Source: an uncultured Colwellia sp. (GTDB lineage Bacteria > Pseudomonadota > Gammaproteobacteria > Enterobacterales > Alteromonadaceae). From it: a stretch of 64,000 bases of DNA. Below the pieces are notes generated by a model. The model saw nothing but the letters and a program-made list of their open reading frames with translations. It ran no database searches and was not told the origin of the DNA. The DNA lies in NCBI GenBank assembly GCA_913062815.1, contig CAJXWZ010000003.1, forward strand, positions 39,919 through 103,918, given 5' to 3'. Both the position numbers and the translations under genes were made by a program. Every line of letters begins with the position of its first letter. The first letter of the stretch is position 1. Positions 18,487 to 28,588 of the stretch are shown here, piece after piece.

Positions 18487-20319
18487 TTATACATATTGAT
18501 AAACAGACTTTATTGAGCACGCTTGATGAAATTCTACTTCAAGCACAGGAGTTGCCTGTTTTTGATAGTAGTAGCGTGACTCTTGTCCTTCAACTAAGAC
18601 TATGTTTTTGATTAATTCTTGTGGTTCAATGGTTAATTGGTGCTTACCATTAGTGGCTGTATTACCGGTCAGTCGCCAATCTCCTGACGCCAGTCTCCAA
18701 CGTAAGGTCGCTTTATTAGTAAATTGATTAATGTTGTCTTCAACAATTAACGCATTATCTGTTAACTGTAAGCACCTACGATGCGAACCGTCTTTTGTTT
18801 GATATCCTGCTTGGCAGCTTTGCAAAACCTTTTCATTTTTAAGCTCCGCAACACCATGTAAATTTAGCCAATTCCCTAATAAAAATCGGCTTAACCGTGG
18901 CATTTGTTCTTTATCATCAAATTGAACAGTATTGTGACCAGCCGTACCACCAAAATATTCAATATGCTCGTCACCGGCATTATAGCTATAAGTTCCTGCA
19001 TCTCTAAGCAAGTTTTCGCCATTAAGCCAAAAATCTACGTGTAGGGCGTCACATTGGCTAGGTCGAAACTTAAACTCTGGATAGTTAAGTAAAGCCATTG
19101 TCTTTCCTTTGCGTAATATACAATACCCACCGTTTTTAAAATGACTAGAGCTTTGTGCTTCGAGCACAGAGTTTGGTTGCTCTATTGATAGCCATTGCAA
19201 TGGAAGATCCCAGTCACCTTTTTGTGACCAAGCTTTTTTATGGTTGAATAAAACAGAGGCAAGTTGCACAGCAGGGCGAAAATCTCGATAGTCAGTATCG
19301 GTTAATGGTAACAGCCTAGCACCATCGTTTGCTCCTAAGTTTGGCACATCGCCACTGTCAAATTGAGTAAACTGATAAAGCCAATTTGTTGCTAATTGAA
19401 GTTTGCTTTTTAACTTAACACTGAACACAGGCAATGCTAGTTTTAAGCGCCATACTTCTGCCATTGAATATGAGTCAAGCATAACCCTATGGTAAGTTGT
19501 TGAGTATTGGCTAAAACTTCCATCTTCTTCAATCAAGTGTTTGGCTCTATTTTCTAGCCATTGTCGACCTTGCTGATAAAACACATCCCCACCAGGTTCA
19601 TTTAACAAAGTTAGCCAACTACCGCCAATAAACAAAGCCGCGGCTTCGGAAGTACCGTGATTATTATTTTGCGCCACAGCATATGAGATTGTCGGTAAAA
19701 TTCTCTGCAAATGAGCATTAACGAAAGAAATAAGAGAAACACTACTTTTATCATGTTGCTTTAAAATGATTGCTGCCATGGCCAAGTGCATAATTCGTAT
19801 TGAAGCTTCTTGACCACATTTCCAATTAGCACCTTGATAGGGAGGATTATGAATACTCCAATCATTCAACCAGAGGTTAAGTTTATTTAACGCAGTTTCA
19901 TCACCTTGAGATGCCTGTTGTGCAAAACACAACACCCAATCAAACCGAGAAGCTTCCCAAACCCCTTTTATATCGCCTAATTCTGGAGAGAAGTCAGGAA
20001 TAGACCACCAAGATAGGTGCGGCTGTTCAATCTCTGCAGACGTTAAGACACTTTGATGCCAATTGGGTATGTCTGTTGAATTAACAACTTTCCAACCAAA
20101 AAAGCACTGCTGATTACACCATTGCGTGTTAACTTTTAACTTAGTGTTGAACAGATTTTCAGGTAATTCAAAAAAATTGCCTGTTTCAATATGAGCACTT
20201 ATTTTCTTTACTTTATTTAACCCTAGCTTAATGCCAATTCGGTAAAAAATTGCACGCCACAAGCTGGCAAAGCCTAGCGCGTACGCAGTATTCATTTTGA
20301 TTAGAAATTGATTCATCAC
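18487..20319 (-). CDS. Heparinase II/III-like protein
   Basis: 610 aa; WEASRF, NNNHG, EEDGSFSQYSTTYHR, DALHVDF, LRDAGTYSY, HNTVQFD. Confidence 0.82.
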   Translation of the reverse strand: MMNQFLIKMNTAYALGFASLWRAIFYRIGIKLGLNKVKKISAHIETGNFFELPENLFNTKLKVNTQWCNQQCFFGWKVVNSTDIPNWHQSVLTSAEIEQPHLSWWSIPDFSPELGDIKGVWEASRFDWVLCFAQQASQGDETALNKLNLWLNDWSIHNPPYQGANWKCGQEASIRIMHLAMAAIILKQHDKSSVSLISFVNAHLQRILPTISYAVAQNNNHGTSEAAALFIGGSWLTLLNEPGGDVFYQQGRQWLENRAKHLIEEDGSFSQYSTTYHRVMLDSYSMAEVWRLKLALPVFSVKLKSKLQLATNWLYQFTQFDSGDVPNLGANDGARLLPLTDTDYRDFRPAVQLASVLFNHKKAWSQKGDWDLPLQWLSIEQPNSVLEAQSSSHFKNGGYCILRKGKTMALLNYPEFKFRPSQCDALHVDFWLNGENLLRDAGTYSYNAGDEHIEYFGGTAGHNTVQFDDKEQMPRLSRFLLGNWLNLHGVAELKNEKVLQSCQAGYQTKDGSHRRCLQLTDNALIVEDNINQFTNKATLRWRLASGDWRLTGNTATNGKHQLTIEPQELIKNIVLVEGQESRYYYQKQATPVLEVEFHQACSIKSVYQYV

Positions 20320-20323
20320 TTAC

Positions 20324-22465
20324 TTATTGAGTACGCAACTGCTCAGCAATATCTAGCGTAACTTTAGCTACTTCAAATAATTCATCAGCAGAAATAGGCG
20401 AATTTTCACCTGCCTCAATTGACTGCAAAAAAGTGGCCGCACAAGCTTTCTGGCCTTTGTCTTGTTGCCACAAATTCATTTTATTAAAATTCTTGTAGCC
20501 AAAGCCTTTTAATTTTCTAAAATTATCTAGTTGTAAGACTTTACCAGCGACAAAAACTTCTACACGTTCTTTGGGAAAGCTAGCGGCTCCATTGGCTAAA
20601 TAGTGAATAGTTCCAAATGAACCGTCTTCAAAACCTAAGATAATAGCGGCCTTATCTTCAGTAACAGTAACCCCATTACTTAAGCCCATTTTACGTGCTT
20701 GTACAGAGACTATTTTGCTGCCTGCCAAATAGCGCATAAGGTCAATAAAGTGACACGCTTCACCTATAATACGACCACCACCTGCGTCTGCCTGCTGCGT
20801 CCAATGTTCTGCGGGGATAGCTCCAGCATTCATGGTCATAATAAAAGACTTAGGCTCGTTTTCAGCTTGAAGCAGTACTTTCATTTTTTGAATTTGAGGG
20901 GAAAAACGTCTGTTAAAACCAACCATAAGGCGTGCACTTTTATTATCTTGCAGTTGGTTGTTATATGCTGCTTGAACCATTTCTAATTGTTCATAATTTA
21001 TGGCTAATGGTTTCTCAACAAATACATTTTTGCCTTGCGCTAATGCTTTGGCTACAAAATGGGCATGAGAGCTATGTTGTGTCACTATTGCGACGGTGTT
21101 TATCTCACTATCTTCAAGCATTGCATCGGTATTGGTTGATGCTTTATGAAAATCATTTTTCTCACCATGAACAACGCTATTAATACCACCAGATGTGGTA
21201 ATAGTATGTAAGTTAGCACCCGCTTCTTTAAAGGCAGGGATCAGCACCCTTGATGCATAATTACCAGCACCAACAAAACCAATGACAGGCTTACTAGCAT
21301 TACCGCCAACATAGTCACTTAAAACAATTTCATTCGCGTTTAACTCATCTTTCGCTACTTGAGGGTAATTTAAAATAATACCTAATGCTGACTTATCTGT
21401 GGTAAGCAGTTCATAACCATCCAAAGCATCATTAAAACTATATCTATGTGAAATTAGTGACTTAACATCTATTTTACCAGATGAAATCATATCTAAGACC
21501 GCTTCAAAGTTTCTTTGCTCTGTCCAACGAACAAAACCAATAGGGTAATCATTGCCTTTTTCTTCGTATTCACTTTCATATCGACCTGGACCATATGAAC
21601 AGGAAACTTGAAAGCTTAATTCTTTTTCATAAAAGTCTGCTCTACTCAAGTTCAAGCCAATCACACCTACCAATATGATACGACCTCTTTTTCTGGACAT
21701 ATTTGCCGCTTGAGATACAGGGTCATGTGAAGGAGTAGAAGCGGTAATAATAACCCCATCAACACCTTGACCGCGGCTAAATGCCATTCCTACTGCTACA
21801 GGATCTTCTCCGTTACCAGGGTTACAGATTTCAGCTCCAAATTTTGACGCTAAATCGAGTTTATTTTGATCATAATCTATTGCTAATACTCTACAACCAT
21901 TTGCAATGAGTAATTGAATAGCGACTAAACCTATCAGGCCGGCTCCAGTAACAACAAAACATTCTCCTAATGTTGGTTTGGCAAGTCGAATTCCTTGTAA
22001 GCCAATTGAGCCTAAAACGGTAAAAGCAGCCTCTTCATCTGATACATTAGCGGGGATTTTTGCACATAAATTCTTAGCAACTCTAACGACATCAGCATGA
22101 GGGCCATTTGAGATAACACGATCACCAACGACATAATCACCACAATTATTGCCTGTTTCTGCAACTTTACCCACATTGCAATATCCCAAAGGTAAAGGTT
22201 GATCCAATTTACTTTTAACCGCATCAATAGTAGTAGCTAAGCCGTCTGTTTTTACCTTATCTAATACCATTTTAACTTTGTCTGGTTGCTTACGGGCCTT
22301 TTGCAAAAAGCTGGCTTGACCAAACTCAACTAGCATCCGTTCTGTACCTGCAGAAATTAAGCTTGCTGTAGAGTGAATAACTAAATGACCATTTTTTGAT
22401 TGCGGTGCTGGAGCAGTAACTAAGGAAGTTTCTCCACTTCCCATGTTTTGAAGTATTTGTTTCAC
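20324..22465 (-). CDS. Bi-domain oxidoreductase (MDR/zinc-ADH-like + Gfo/Idh/MocA)
   Basis: 713 aa; SLISAGTE, GAGLIG, SCSYGPGRY; second domain VGAGNYAS, FVEKPLA, VGFNRRF, GEACHFID. Confidence 0.88.
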   Translation of the reverse strand: MKQILQNMGSGETSLVTAPAPQSKNGHLVIHSTASLISAGTERMLVEFGQASFLQKARKQPDKVKMVLDKVKTDGLATTIDAVKSKLDQPLPLGYCNVGKVAETGNNCGDYVVGDRVISNGPHADVVRVAKNLCAKIPANVSDEEAAFTVLGSIGLQGIRLAKPTLGECFVVTGAGLIGLVAIQLLIANGCRVLAIDYDQNKLDLASKFGAEICNPGNGEDPVAVGMAFSRGQGVDGVIITASTPSHDPVSQAANMSRKRGRIILVGVIGLNLSRADFYEKELSFQVSCSYGPGRYESEYEEKGNDYPIGFVRWTEQRNFEAVLDMISSGKIDVKSLISHRYSFNDALDGYELLTTDKSALGIILNYPQVAKDELNANEIVLSDYVGGNASKPVIGFVGAGNYASRVLIPAFKEAGANLHTITTSGGINSVVHGEKNDFHKASTNTDAMLEDSEINTVAIVTQHSSHAHFVAKALAQGKNVFVEKPLAINYEQLEMVQAAYNNQLQDNKSARLMVGFNRRFSPQIQKMKVLLQAENEPKSFIMTMNAGAIPAEHWTQQADAGGGRIIGEACHFIDLMRYLAGSKIVSVQARKMGLSNGVTVTEDKAAIILGFEDGSFGTIHYLANGAASFPKERVEVFVAGKVLQLDNFRKLKGFGYKNFNKMNLWQQDKGQKACAATFLQSIEAGENSPISADELFEVAKVTLDIAEQLRTQ

Positions 22466-23550
22466 GATGATTCCAATTTTGTGTGCGAAGTATCAATAGT
22501 TTTTCTTAAACTATAGTGCTTAAAACTCAGTGCTTTCTTCTCAATCATTAACCAAGAAAAGCTAGCTAACGCTATGGTGCATGCTAATGTTATTGCTAGA
22601 TATATAAGGCTTCCAGACAAGTTTTGCTCAACAAATATATTAATCACAAGCATGTGATAAATATAAACACCATATGAAATATCATTACCTTTTAATAACG
22701 TAGAATAAGATTTAGGAAATGAATACGCTGCTGAAATAGTAAGCAAAGAAAGTAATATAGCGGAAATGGGGTTCAGATAATTACCTTGAACAGTAAAGTT
22801 AAAGAGCCCTAGTAAATATGAAGAAATTAAGTATAAAGCAAGCCAAAAATAAAACTTTCCGTATAAGTATTTTTCAATAACGTTAATACGTCTTTGTAAA
22901 AACACCCCCACTAAAAACATATACAAATAGGGAAAAACGGTTACACCTACTAGTTTCACTAAAAGAGTTTCATTATTCGCCTTGAATTCAAAAAATACTA
23001 AACTTAAAGCTATAAATAATAAGAAGACGATCAAGGAACCCGCAAAATATAACGATTTAGAACTAAATCGAAAAAACCAATAAATAACAGGCAAAATTAT
23101 ATAAAACTGTAACTCTACAGGTATTGTCCATAAGCTACCATTTACTACGCCAACACCATAGGTACGTAAGAAGTCAGGGTTATAAAATTGCGCCATCGTT
23201 AATTGAGCAACCCCCCACTTTAAACTGGCTATTAGTTCAAACTCTACAGAAGAAAAAATCAAGATTGTTACTAATGAAATAACAAAACAAAACCATAAAC
23301 CTGGAAAAATTCTCAATACCCTATTTTGATAGTATTGAAACAATGAATTTGAACGTTCATAAGAAGCTGATATAAGAAAGCCGCTAACAACAAAAAAGAT
23401 AGGCACGCCCGGAAATCGCTCAAGTAATGACATGAACGATTCATCGATATTAAGCTTTAAATGATTATTACTGTGTACAACAACAACCTGAAGAGCCGCA
23501 ATAAGTCGAATAAGGTCAAGGATGTTATTTCTAAAAGAAAAAGATGTCAT
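22462..23550 (-). CDS. Acyltransferase family 3 (OafA-like O-acyltransferase)
   Basis: 362 aa multi-TM; LDLIRLIAA, GVPIFFVVSGFLI, RVLRIFP, NGSLWTIPVELQFY, ISYGVYIYH. Confidence 0.88.
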   Translation of the reverse strand: MTSFSFRNNILDLIRLIAALQVVVVHSNNHLKLNIDESFMSLLERFPGVPIFFVVSGFLISASYERSNSLFQYYQNRVLRIFPGLWFCFVISLVTILIFSSVEFELIASLKWGVAQLTMAQFYNPDFLRTYGVGVVNGSLWTIPVELQFYIILPVIYWFFRFSSKSLYFAGSLIVFLLFIALSLVFFEFKANNETLLVKLVGVTVFPYLYMFLVGVFLQRRINVIEKYLYGKFYFWLALYLISSYLLGLFNFTVQGNYLNPISAILLSLLTISAAYSFPKSYSTLLKGNDISYGVYIYHMLVINIFVEQNLSGSLIYLAITLACTIALASFSWLMIEKKALSFKHYSLRKTIDTSHTKLESS

Positions 23551-23609
23551 AATATTTCACAGATAGAATGAAAAGAAAGACAATTGGATTGTCATAAGAA
23601 ATCAGCCTG

Positions 23610-24899
23610 TTATTCTATAATTTTAAATGGGCATTCGATATTTTTTTTACTAACATTATTCTGCAATATAGTCCCTATAGACAGCTCACTGAAAACTCCT
23701 TGGTAATACCAGTTATTATTTAATATCAAGTTATTCTCTGGATTTCCTGCAAAGAAATCACTTTGAGCTGCGGAGCCTAAATCAACAAAACTAACTCCTG
23801 AATACCCATAAAAATTATTATCAACTATTTCATTATCTATTGCAGCCCAATAACTATTATATAAATTATCCCTATATTCCGAAAACACCATTTGAGCATG
23901 CAATGAAAGAGTAACCCCTACTCCACAAAAGGAATTGTCTCGAATGATATTTCTTTCACCTGAAATTCGAACTGGATATTCTTGATTACCTAACATGACA
24001 TTATTATAAATTTCATTATCATTGCCCATCCGTACGACGATAGCCGAATCTCCATTATCAACAAACAAATTATTAAACACTTTATTTTTACTAGACTTTA
24101 TTGAAATCAATTCTTTTTCCAAGTTCCAATTTGAAACATAGTTATTTGAAAACTCATGAAAAGAATCATCTGGAATAGGTGGGGTACCTTGGCTTACTGA
24201 GTATGCAGTCCCAAAATGAGCAACTTCACCTGCTCCTCCAAAGTTAAAACTATTTGTAAACTCATTATTTTTTACAATGACATTTTTAGAACTATTATCT
24301 GTTTTGAAAGCAATGGCTCTACTATTATTAAAAACATTATTTTCAATATATACTTCTGATGAATCTATTATACTGATTCCAATTCCAGTTCCATCATCTA
24401 CTGTAGAATTAACTCCAATATTTTGAAAATAGTCATCCCTGAAATTCACATTAGTTGATGAATTAACAAGAGCCACGCCATGTCTTGTTTTTATAGAATC
24501 GTCTTCAGTAGACGAGGCCCCATCTACAAACTTTACTCCTTGGATTATTACATGATTTGCACTAATTTTTAGATAGGTAGATCCTGTCACTACAGCTCCC
24601 CATAGATGCTGACTTTTTATAGTGATAGTTCTATTTATTGTAACCTTCCCCAGATCATAATCCCCATCTTCAAGAACAATAGTACTTACGTTGCTATTAA
24701 TAGCCTCTAAGAAACTTTCAGATGAAGCCACACATAGAAAGTCTATCTGATTTGAACAGTCTGCTATGATATATTCATTTTTCAACCTGCCATAATCACT
24801 TTGATTAATTTCAATTATTGGCGGTAATTCATCATCACATGATTGCAAAAATAACCCAAGAATGACAATTAGTACTTTTGAACACTTTTTATTTATCAA
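23610..24899 (-). CDS. Right-handed beta-helix lipoprotein, polysaccharide lyase family 6 / chondroitinase B-like
   Basis: 429 aa; lipobox LQS-C; Asn-ladder repeats; EKELISIKS...VVRMGN matches the PL6 E-x-E-x4-K...R(H/M)G active-site pattern. Confidence 0.68.
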   Translation of the reverse strand: MINKKCSKVLIVILGLFLQSCDDELPPIIEINQSDYGRLKNEYIIADCSNQIDFLCVASSESFLEAINSNVSTIVLEDGDYDLGKVTINRTITIKSQHLWGAVVTGSTYLKISANHVIIQGVKFVDGASSTEDDSIKTRHGVALVNSSTNVNFRDDYFQNIGVNSTVDDGTGIGISIIDSSEVYIENNVFNNSRAIAFKTDNSSKNVIVKNNEFTNSFNFGGAGEVAHFGTAYSVSQGTPPIPDDSFHEFSNNYVSNWNLEKELISIKSSKNKVFNNLFVDNGDSAIVVRMGNDNEIYNNVMLGNQEYPVRISGERNIIRDNSFCGVGVTLSLHAQMVFSEYRDNLYNSYWAAIDNEIVDNNFYGYSGVSFVDLGSAAQSDFFAGNPENNLILNNNWYYQGVFSELSIGTILQNNVSKKNIECPFKIIE

Positions 24900-26082
24900 A
24901 GCTATTCCCTCCTAAAACAGAATTTTCTTTTTTATATATATCATTCGCCACAAAACAAAGAGGGATTGCCAAACCAATCCAAAACAAGCGATATTCGGCA
25001 TAAGTTGAACTCTTAAGTAATTCTAATAAAGGAACTAATGGCACAATAAATAATGGCAACAATTTAGACTTAAAGAAATAACGGCAATAAAACAAAATGA
25101 AAAACATAAATAATATTAATCCAATAATACCAGAGTCCGACATTACACCTAAAAAGATATTATGTGGATACCCTTTGGTATCGGCTCCATGTTTGAATAC
25201 ACCAAAGCTACCTAAACCTGTACCAAAGAATATCCTATTTAAGGTATTCATTTCACTAACAAAAACACCCCAATATTCAAGTCTTGCACCAGAATCACCA
25301 TCAAATAATAAAGAAAAGCGATAAATCATTCTTGAGAAGAAGCTTTCACCATCATCTTGCTGTATAGCTGAGAAAATTAAACTAATAACTAGGGGAACAA
25401 AAACAAATAAAAATGCTAAACGCCGCCTCACTACTATTTCATATAAGAAATGAGCAAATATTAAAAATATCAAAGGCCCTCTCGCTCCTGTTATTGCAAT
25501 TTCTATATAAATAAGTAAAAGCAATAGCGAGTTTCCTTTTTTAAATGGTTTTATCGATATTAACAAAGCCCCAGCATAAGCTAGGAGAGCGGCACTGGTA
25601 AGATAAACAGCTACATGATCATCGTTTATATCAATTGGAACAGTAAAAAAACCACTATAAAAATACGGGTATAACAATCCTAGTAGCAAACTAAAAATAA
25701 TAGTCAGTTTACTATACTTTACAACATCTGTTCGGGTGAAAGTCAAAGACATTAAAACTGCAAGGGTGAGATTTATATGAAGAGTAAATAATTTAATCAG
25801 TGCATAATCATAATACTCTGAATAGAAAAAAGAAAAAAACGTGACCAAGAGGAAAGGAACTATAAAAACCCAAACTTCTCTAAAAACATTTATATTTTTT
25901 ATAAGTCTGACTCTGAGTATAATTCCGACAACATAAAGCATTACAATACTAAATAAAGATATTACTGTGAAATTAAGGCCACTAATTCCAATTGCTACCA
26001 TGTAGTAATTTGCTACTCCCGCCACAGAATACAAAGCAAAAAAGAATACTAACAGCACATGTATAATACGAAAAATAAACAT
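24889..26082 (-). CDS. wzy: Wzy polymerase (O-antigen ligase/polymerase superfamily)
   Basis: 397 aa, ~10 TMs; TGARGP, GTGLGSF, YPHNIF. Confidence 0.7.
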   Translation of the reverse strand: MFIFRIIHVLLVFFFALYSVAGVANYYMVAIGISGLNFTVISLFSIVMLYVVGIILRVRLIKNINVFREVWVFIVPFLLVTFFSFFYSEYYDYALIKLFTLHINLTLAVLMSLTFTRTDVVKYSKLTIIFSLLLGLLYPYFYSGFFTVPIDINDDHVAVYLTSAALLAYAGALLISIKPFKKGNSLLLLLIYIEIAITGARGPLIFLIFAHFLYEIVVRRRLAFLFVFVPLVISLIFSAIQQDDGESFFSRMIYRFSLLFDGDSGARLEYWGVFVSEMNTLNRIFFGTGLGSFGVFKHGADTKGYPHNIFLGVMSDSGIIGLILFMFFILFYCRYFFKSKLLPLFIVPLVPLLELLKSSTYAEYRLFWIGLAIPLCFVANDIYKKENSVLGGNSFDK

Positions 26083-26091
26083 AGATATTTC

Positions 26092-27171
26092 TTATGTTGA
26101 AGGTAATGTTGCTAAATCAATAGTTTTCAATAATTGTGAATACCTTACATCTGCTGAGTGCTCAGGTAAAAAGGCTTCAATCATAGGCTGGCAATTTTCA
26201 AAATTACTTCTATAAAAGTTAATCAATTCTATATAATCTTCTACATTTTTAGCTGCAGAGATAACTTCTTTAGGCGCTTTAATTATATATGGTAAATCTG
26301 GGTATATAACAGGTATACCTTTGCTCAACAATCTGAATGCTCTATTACTTACTGTACATGCTTTAATTGACTCTATATTGATATTATAGGGTGCTATTGA
26401 ACAACAAACGTCTTCTAAATCAAGTTCCTGAAAATTTCTAGCTGTCAGATATTCAAAATTACTATATTCAGTAAATTGATCAAGTTTTACTTTAGCTTCA
26501 GATTCATTGATAGGGCCAACAAAACGTAATTTCACATCACGTTTGAGCAATTGATGTACAATATCCCAATCAATCCTGTTATTAATAAAACCAAAGTAAA
26601 TAACAATATCCCTTGAATGAGATACATTTGGCTTTTGATAAAGCTCATCACACCATGGGAAAAAGAGCTCAACATTATTTGTATATTCTTTCAATTTATT
26701 TAATAAAGGAATTGAAACTGTCAAAACAGCATCAGAATCAACACAAGTAGCTGCTAATTGTGACTTTATTGCATTTTTCATCCACGGTTTCGCTTGTGCC
26801 TCAAAGTCATCATTAATAAGCGTAATAACTTTACTTGATGGAAAGGCTTTTGCCAAAAAGCTATAGTCGTAGTTGAAATTAACTACCAAATCATAAGGCT
26901 TTAAGTTATAAATTTTTTTAATTCCTCTCATTGCATAATAAGAATAAATTCTTTGCAACAAAGCAAACGGTTTCAATTGATGATGATAAAGTTCCGCATG
27001 ACGAGCAATTACAATACCGTTAGATTCATAAAATCTCACCTTGCGACCAAATGAATCGCATTTTTCAATAAAAGTTACTTGATGACCTTTTTTTTGTAAC
27101 AACAGCGCCAATTGATGGCGGATACGTGGTAGCTCAGACCAACGAGTTCTAGAAATAACTAAAATATTCAA
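26092..27171 (-). CDS. Glycosyltransferase (GT-B fold)
   Basis: 359 aa; RTRWSELPRIRHQL, YFGFIN, RFVGP; within the repeat-unit genes. Confidence 0.7.
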   Translation of the reverse strand: MNILVISRTRWSELPRIRHQLALLLQKKGHQVTFIEKCDSFGRKVRFYESNGIVIARHAELYHHQLKPFALLQRIYSYYAMRGIKKIYNLKPYDLVVNFNYDYSFLAKAFPSSKVITLINDDFEAQAKPWMKNAIKSQLAATCVDSDAVLTVSIPLLNKLKEYTNNVELFFPWCDELYQKPNVSHSRDIVIYFGFINNRIDWDIVHQLLKRDVKLRFVGPINESEAKVKLDQFTEYSNFEYLTARNFQELDLEDVCCSIAPYNINIESIKACTVSNRAFRLLSKGIPVIYPDLPYIIKAPKEVISAAKNVEDYIELINFYRSNFENCQPMIEAFLPEHSADVRYSQLLKTIDLATLPST

Positions 27172-27174
27172 TAT

Positions 27175-28557
27175 TTACCCTTTATCCTCAGTACCTGCAT
27201 AAACTGCATCCAAGTATACATTCTGATACTTATCCCACAAGAACGTATTAAAGCTACTATTATGCCAAAGCAAAACAAAATCCCCTTCATATTTTTTAAT
27301 TTTCACAATTAAATTCAAAATATTTTTGCTGGCTTTTTCAGGGGACAAATTCCCCTTATCTATCACACATACATCCATCACTATCAATGGTCTTTCTTTT
27401 AATTCAAGGTGTTGTCTAGTTAAAATATTAAAAACACTATATTCAAAACATACACCACACCTGAAGCCCTCTTTATCTGCATACCCCATAGTGCTATCCC
27501 AGGTCATATTATTATCATCCCATATTTGCCAAGTATCAGGGACTTCAAACCTAAGATAATGTTCTCTACCAAAGTGAATATTAGTTAATAAAGATTGCTC
27601 TAATTCAGATTTTTCAGCTTCAAATTGTTTAAAGCTATCATAGGCATCGTAAGTTGGGTGGATTCCTATAAAATGATTTCGCTTTTTTATATTTTTTATC
27701 AAATTGAAAACTACTTTAGAGTCACTACGATAATTATTATCGAATGATGTTTTTCCTTTGCCCATAAAAAAAAAGTATGATTTAACTCCTGCGGATTCAC
27801 TCAGAGTCATTAAGTCATCAAAAGTCTCATAAGGATCATTCTTTAATTTCAACCGAACTTTTATAAAATAAGATATGCTAGCAAAAAATTCCTTTATAGA
27901 ACGTCGGATTACTAAATCACCTATCAGGTGCTTGCTAAATTTGATTAATGAATCCCACTTTAAGATATGATCAACATCATGGGTAAGCAACATTTGATAC
28001 TTTCTAGATTTGAATTTTTGAACATGGCCTAATTCCAACAATAAATTTCTAAGTAAAATCACATATTCATTTACGATTGGTCTATCTAGAAAACCATGAT
28101 TAAATGCTAAGCTATCACTGGCAAGAAACCGTCCATGTGTATCTCTGTTTTTATTTACATATTCTTCCCACCGGCTAAGCATGAAAAAAGATGATGCAAA
28201 AATATCAACACCACAAGTAAAGACCCTGGCATCATTATTTTCACTTATATTAAAAAGGGAGTTACCAAATATGACAGGCAAATCCTCTTCTGAAATAAAG
28301 TCATTTTTTATGTAATGAATTGACTTGGGAATGTGGTTTAAGTCTAAATATTCAAGATCTTTGGGATACTCACTAAAAAAATGATCTTCAAATATTATTT
28401 TATTGCCATTTTCGAGTTCTAGACTCCAATGTTTAAATTCTGTACTCGAATTACCATAAACAAGTTGAAATTCAAGCCCTAAAAACTCATTCAGTAGAAT
28501 GTCTATTATATATTGGCGTTCTTTTAAATTGTTACTTGGTATGGTGATTTTTATCAT
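27175..28557 (-). CDS. Polysaccharide deacetylase-like protein with N-terminal extension
   Basis: 460 aa; NodB-type motifs LTHDVDH, IGIHPTY, REHYLR, DSTMGY, LLWHN. Confidence 0.78.
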   Translation of the reverse strand: MIKITIPSNNLKERQYIIDILLNEFLGLEFQLVYGNSSTEFKHWSLELENGNKIIFEDHFFSEYPKDLEYLDLNHIPKSIHYIKNDFISEEDLPVIFGNSLFNISENNDARVFTCGVDIFASSFFMLSRWEEYVNKNRDTHGRFLASDSLAFNHGFLDRPIVNEYVILLRNLLLELGHVQKFKSRKYQMLLTHDVDHILKWDSLIKFSKHLIGDLVIRRSIKEFFASISYFIKVRLKLKNDPYETFDDLMTLSESAGVKSYFFFMGKGKTSFDNNYRSDSKVVFNLIKNIKKRNHFIGIHPTYDAYDSFKQFEAEKSELEQSLLTNIHFGREHYLRFEVPDTWQIWDDNNMTWDSTMGYADKEGFRCGVCFEYSVFNILTRQHLELKERPLIVMDVCVIDKGNLSPEKASKNILNLIVKIKKYEGDFVLLWHNSSFNTFLWDKYQNVYLDAVYAGTEDKG

Positions 28558-28588
28558 ATTAGTTAAGTCAAATTAAAAATAATTCTCT

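Noticed and set aside
3941-27774. T9 runs in the coding strands of pglD (3941-3949) and the deacetylase (27766-27774) as phase-variation sites
   Set aside because: Both are in frame, encode FFF, and are expected in an AT-rich genome; no evidence of switching.
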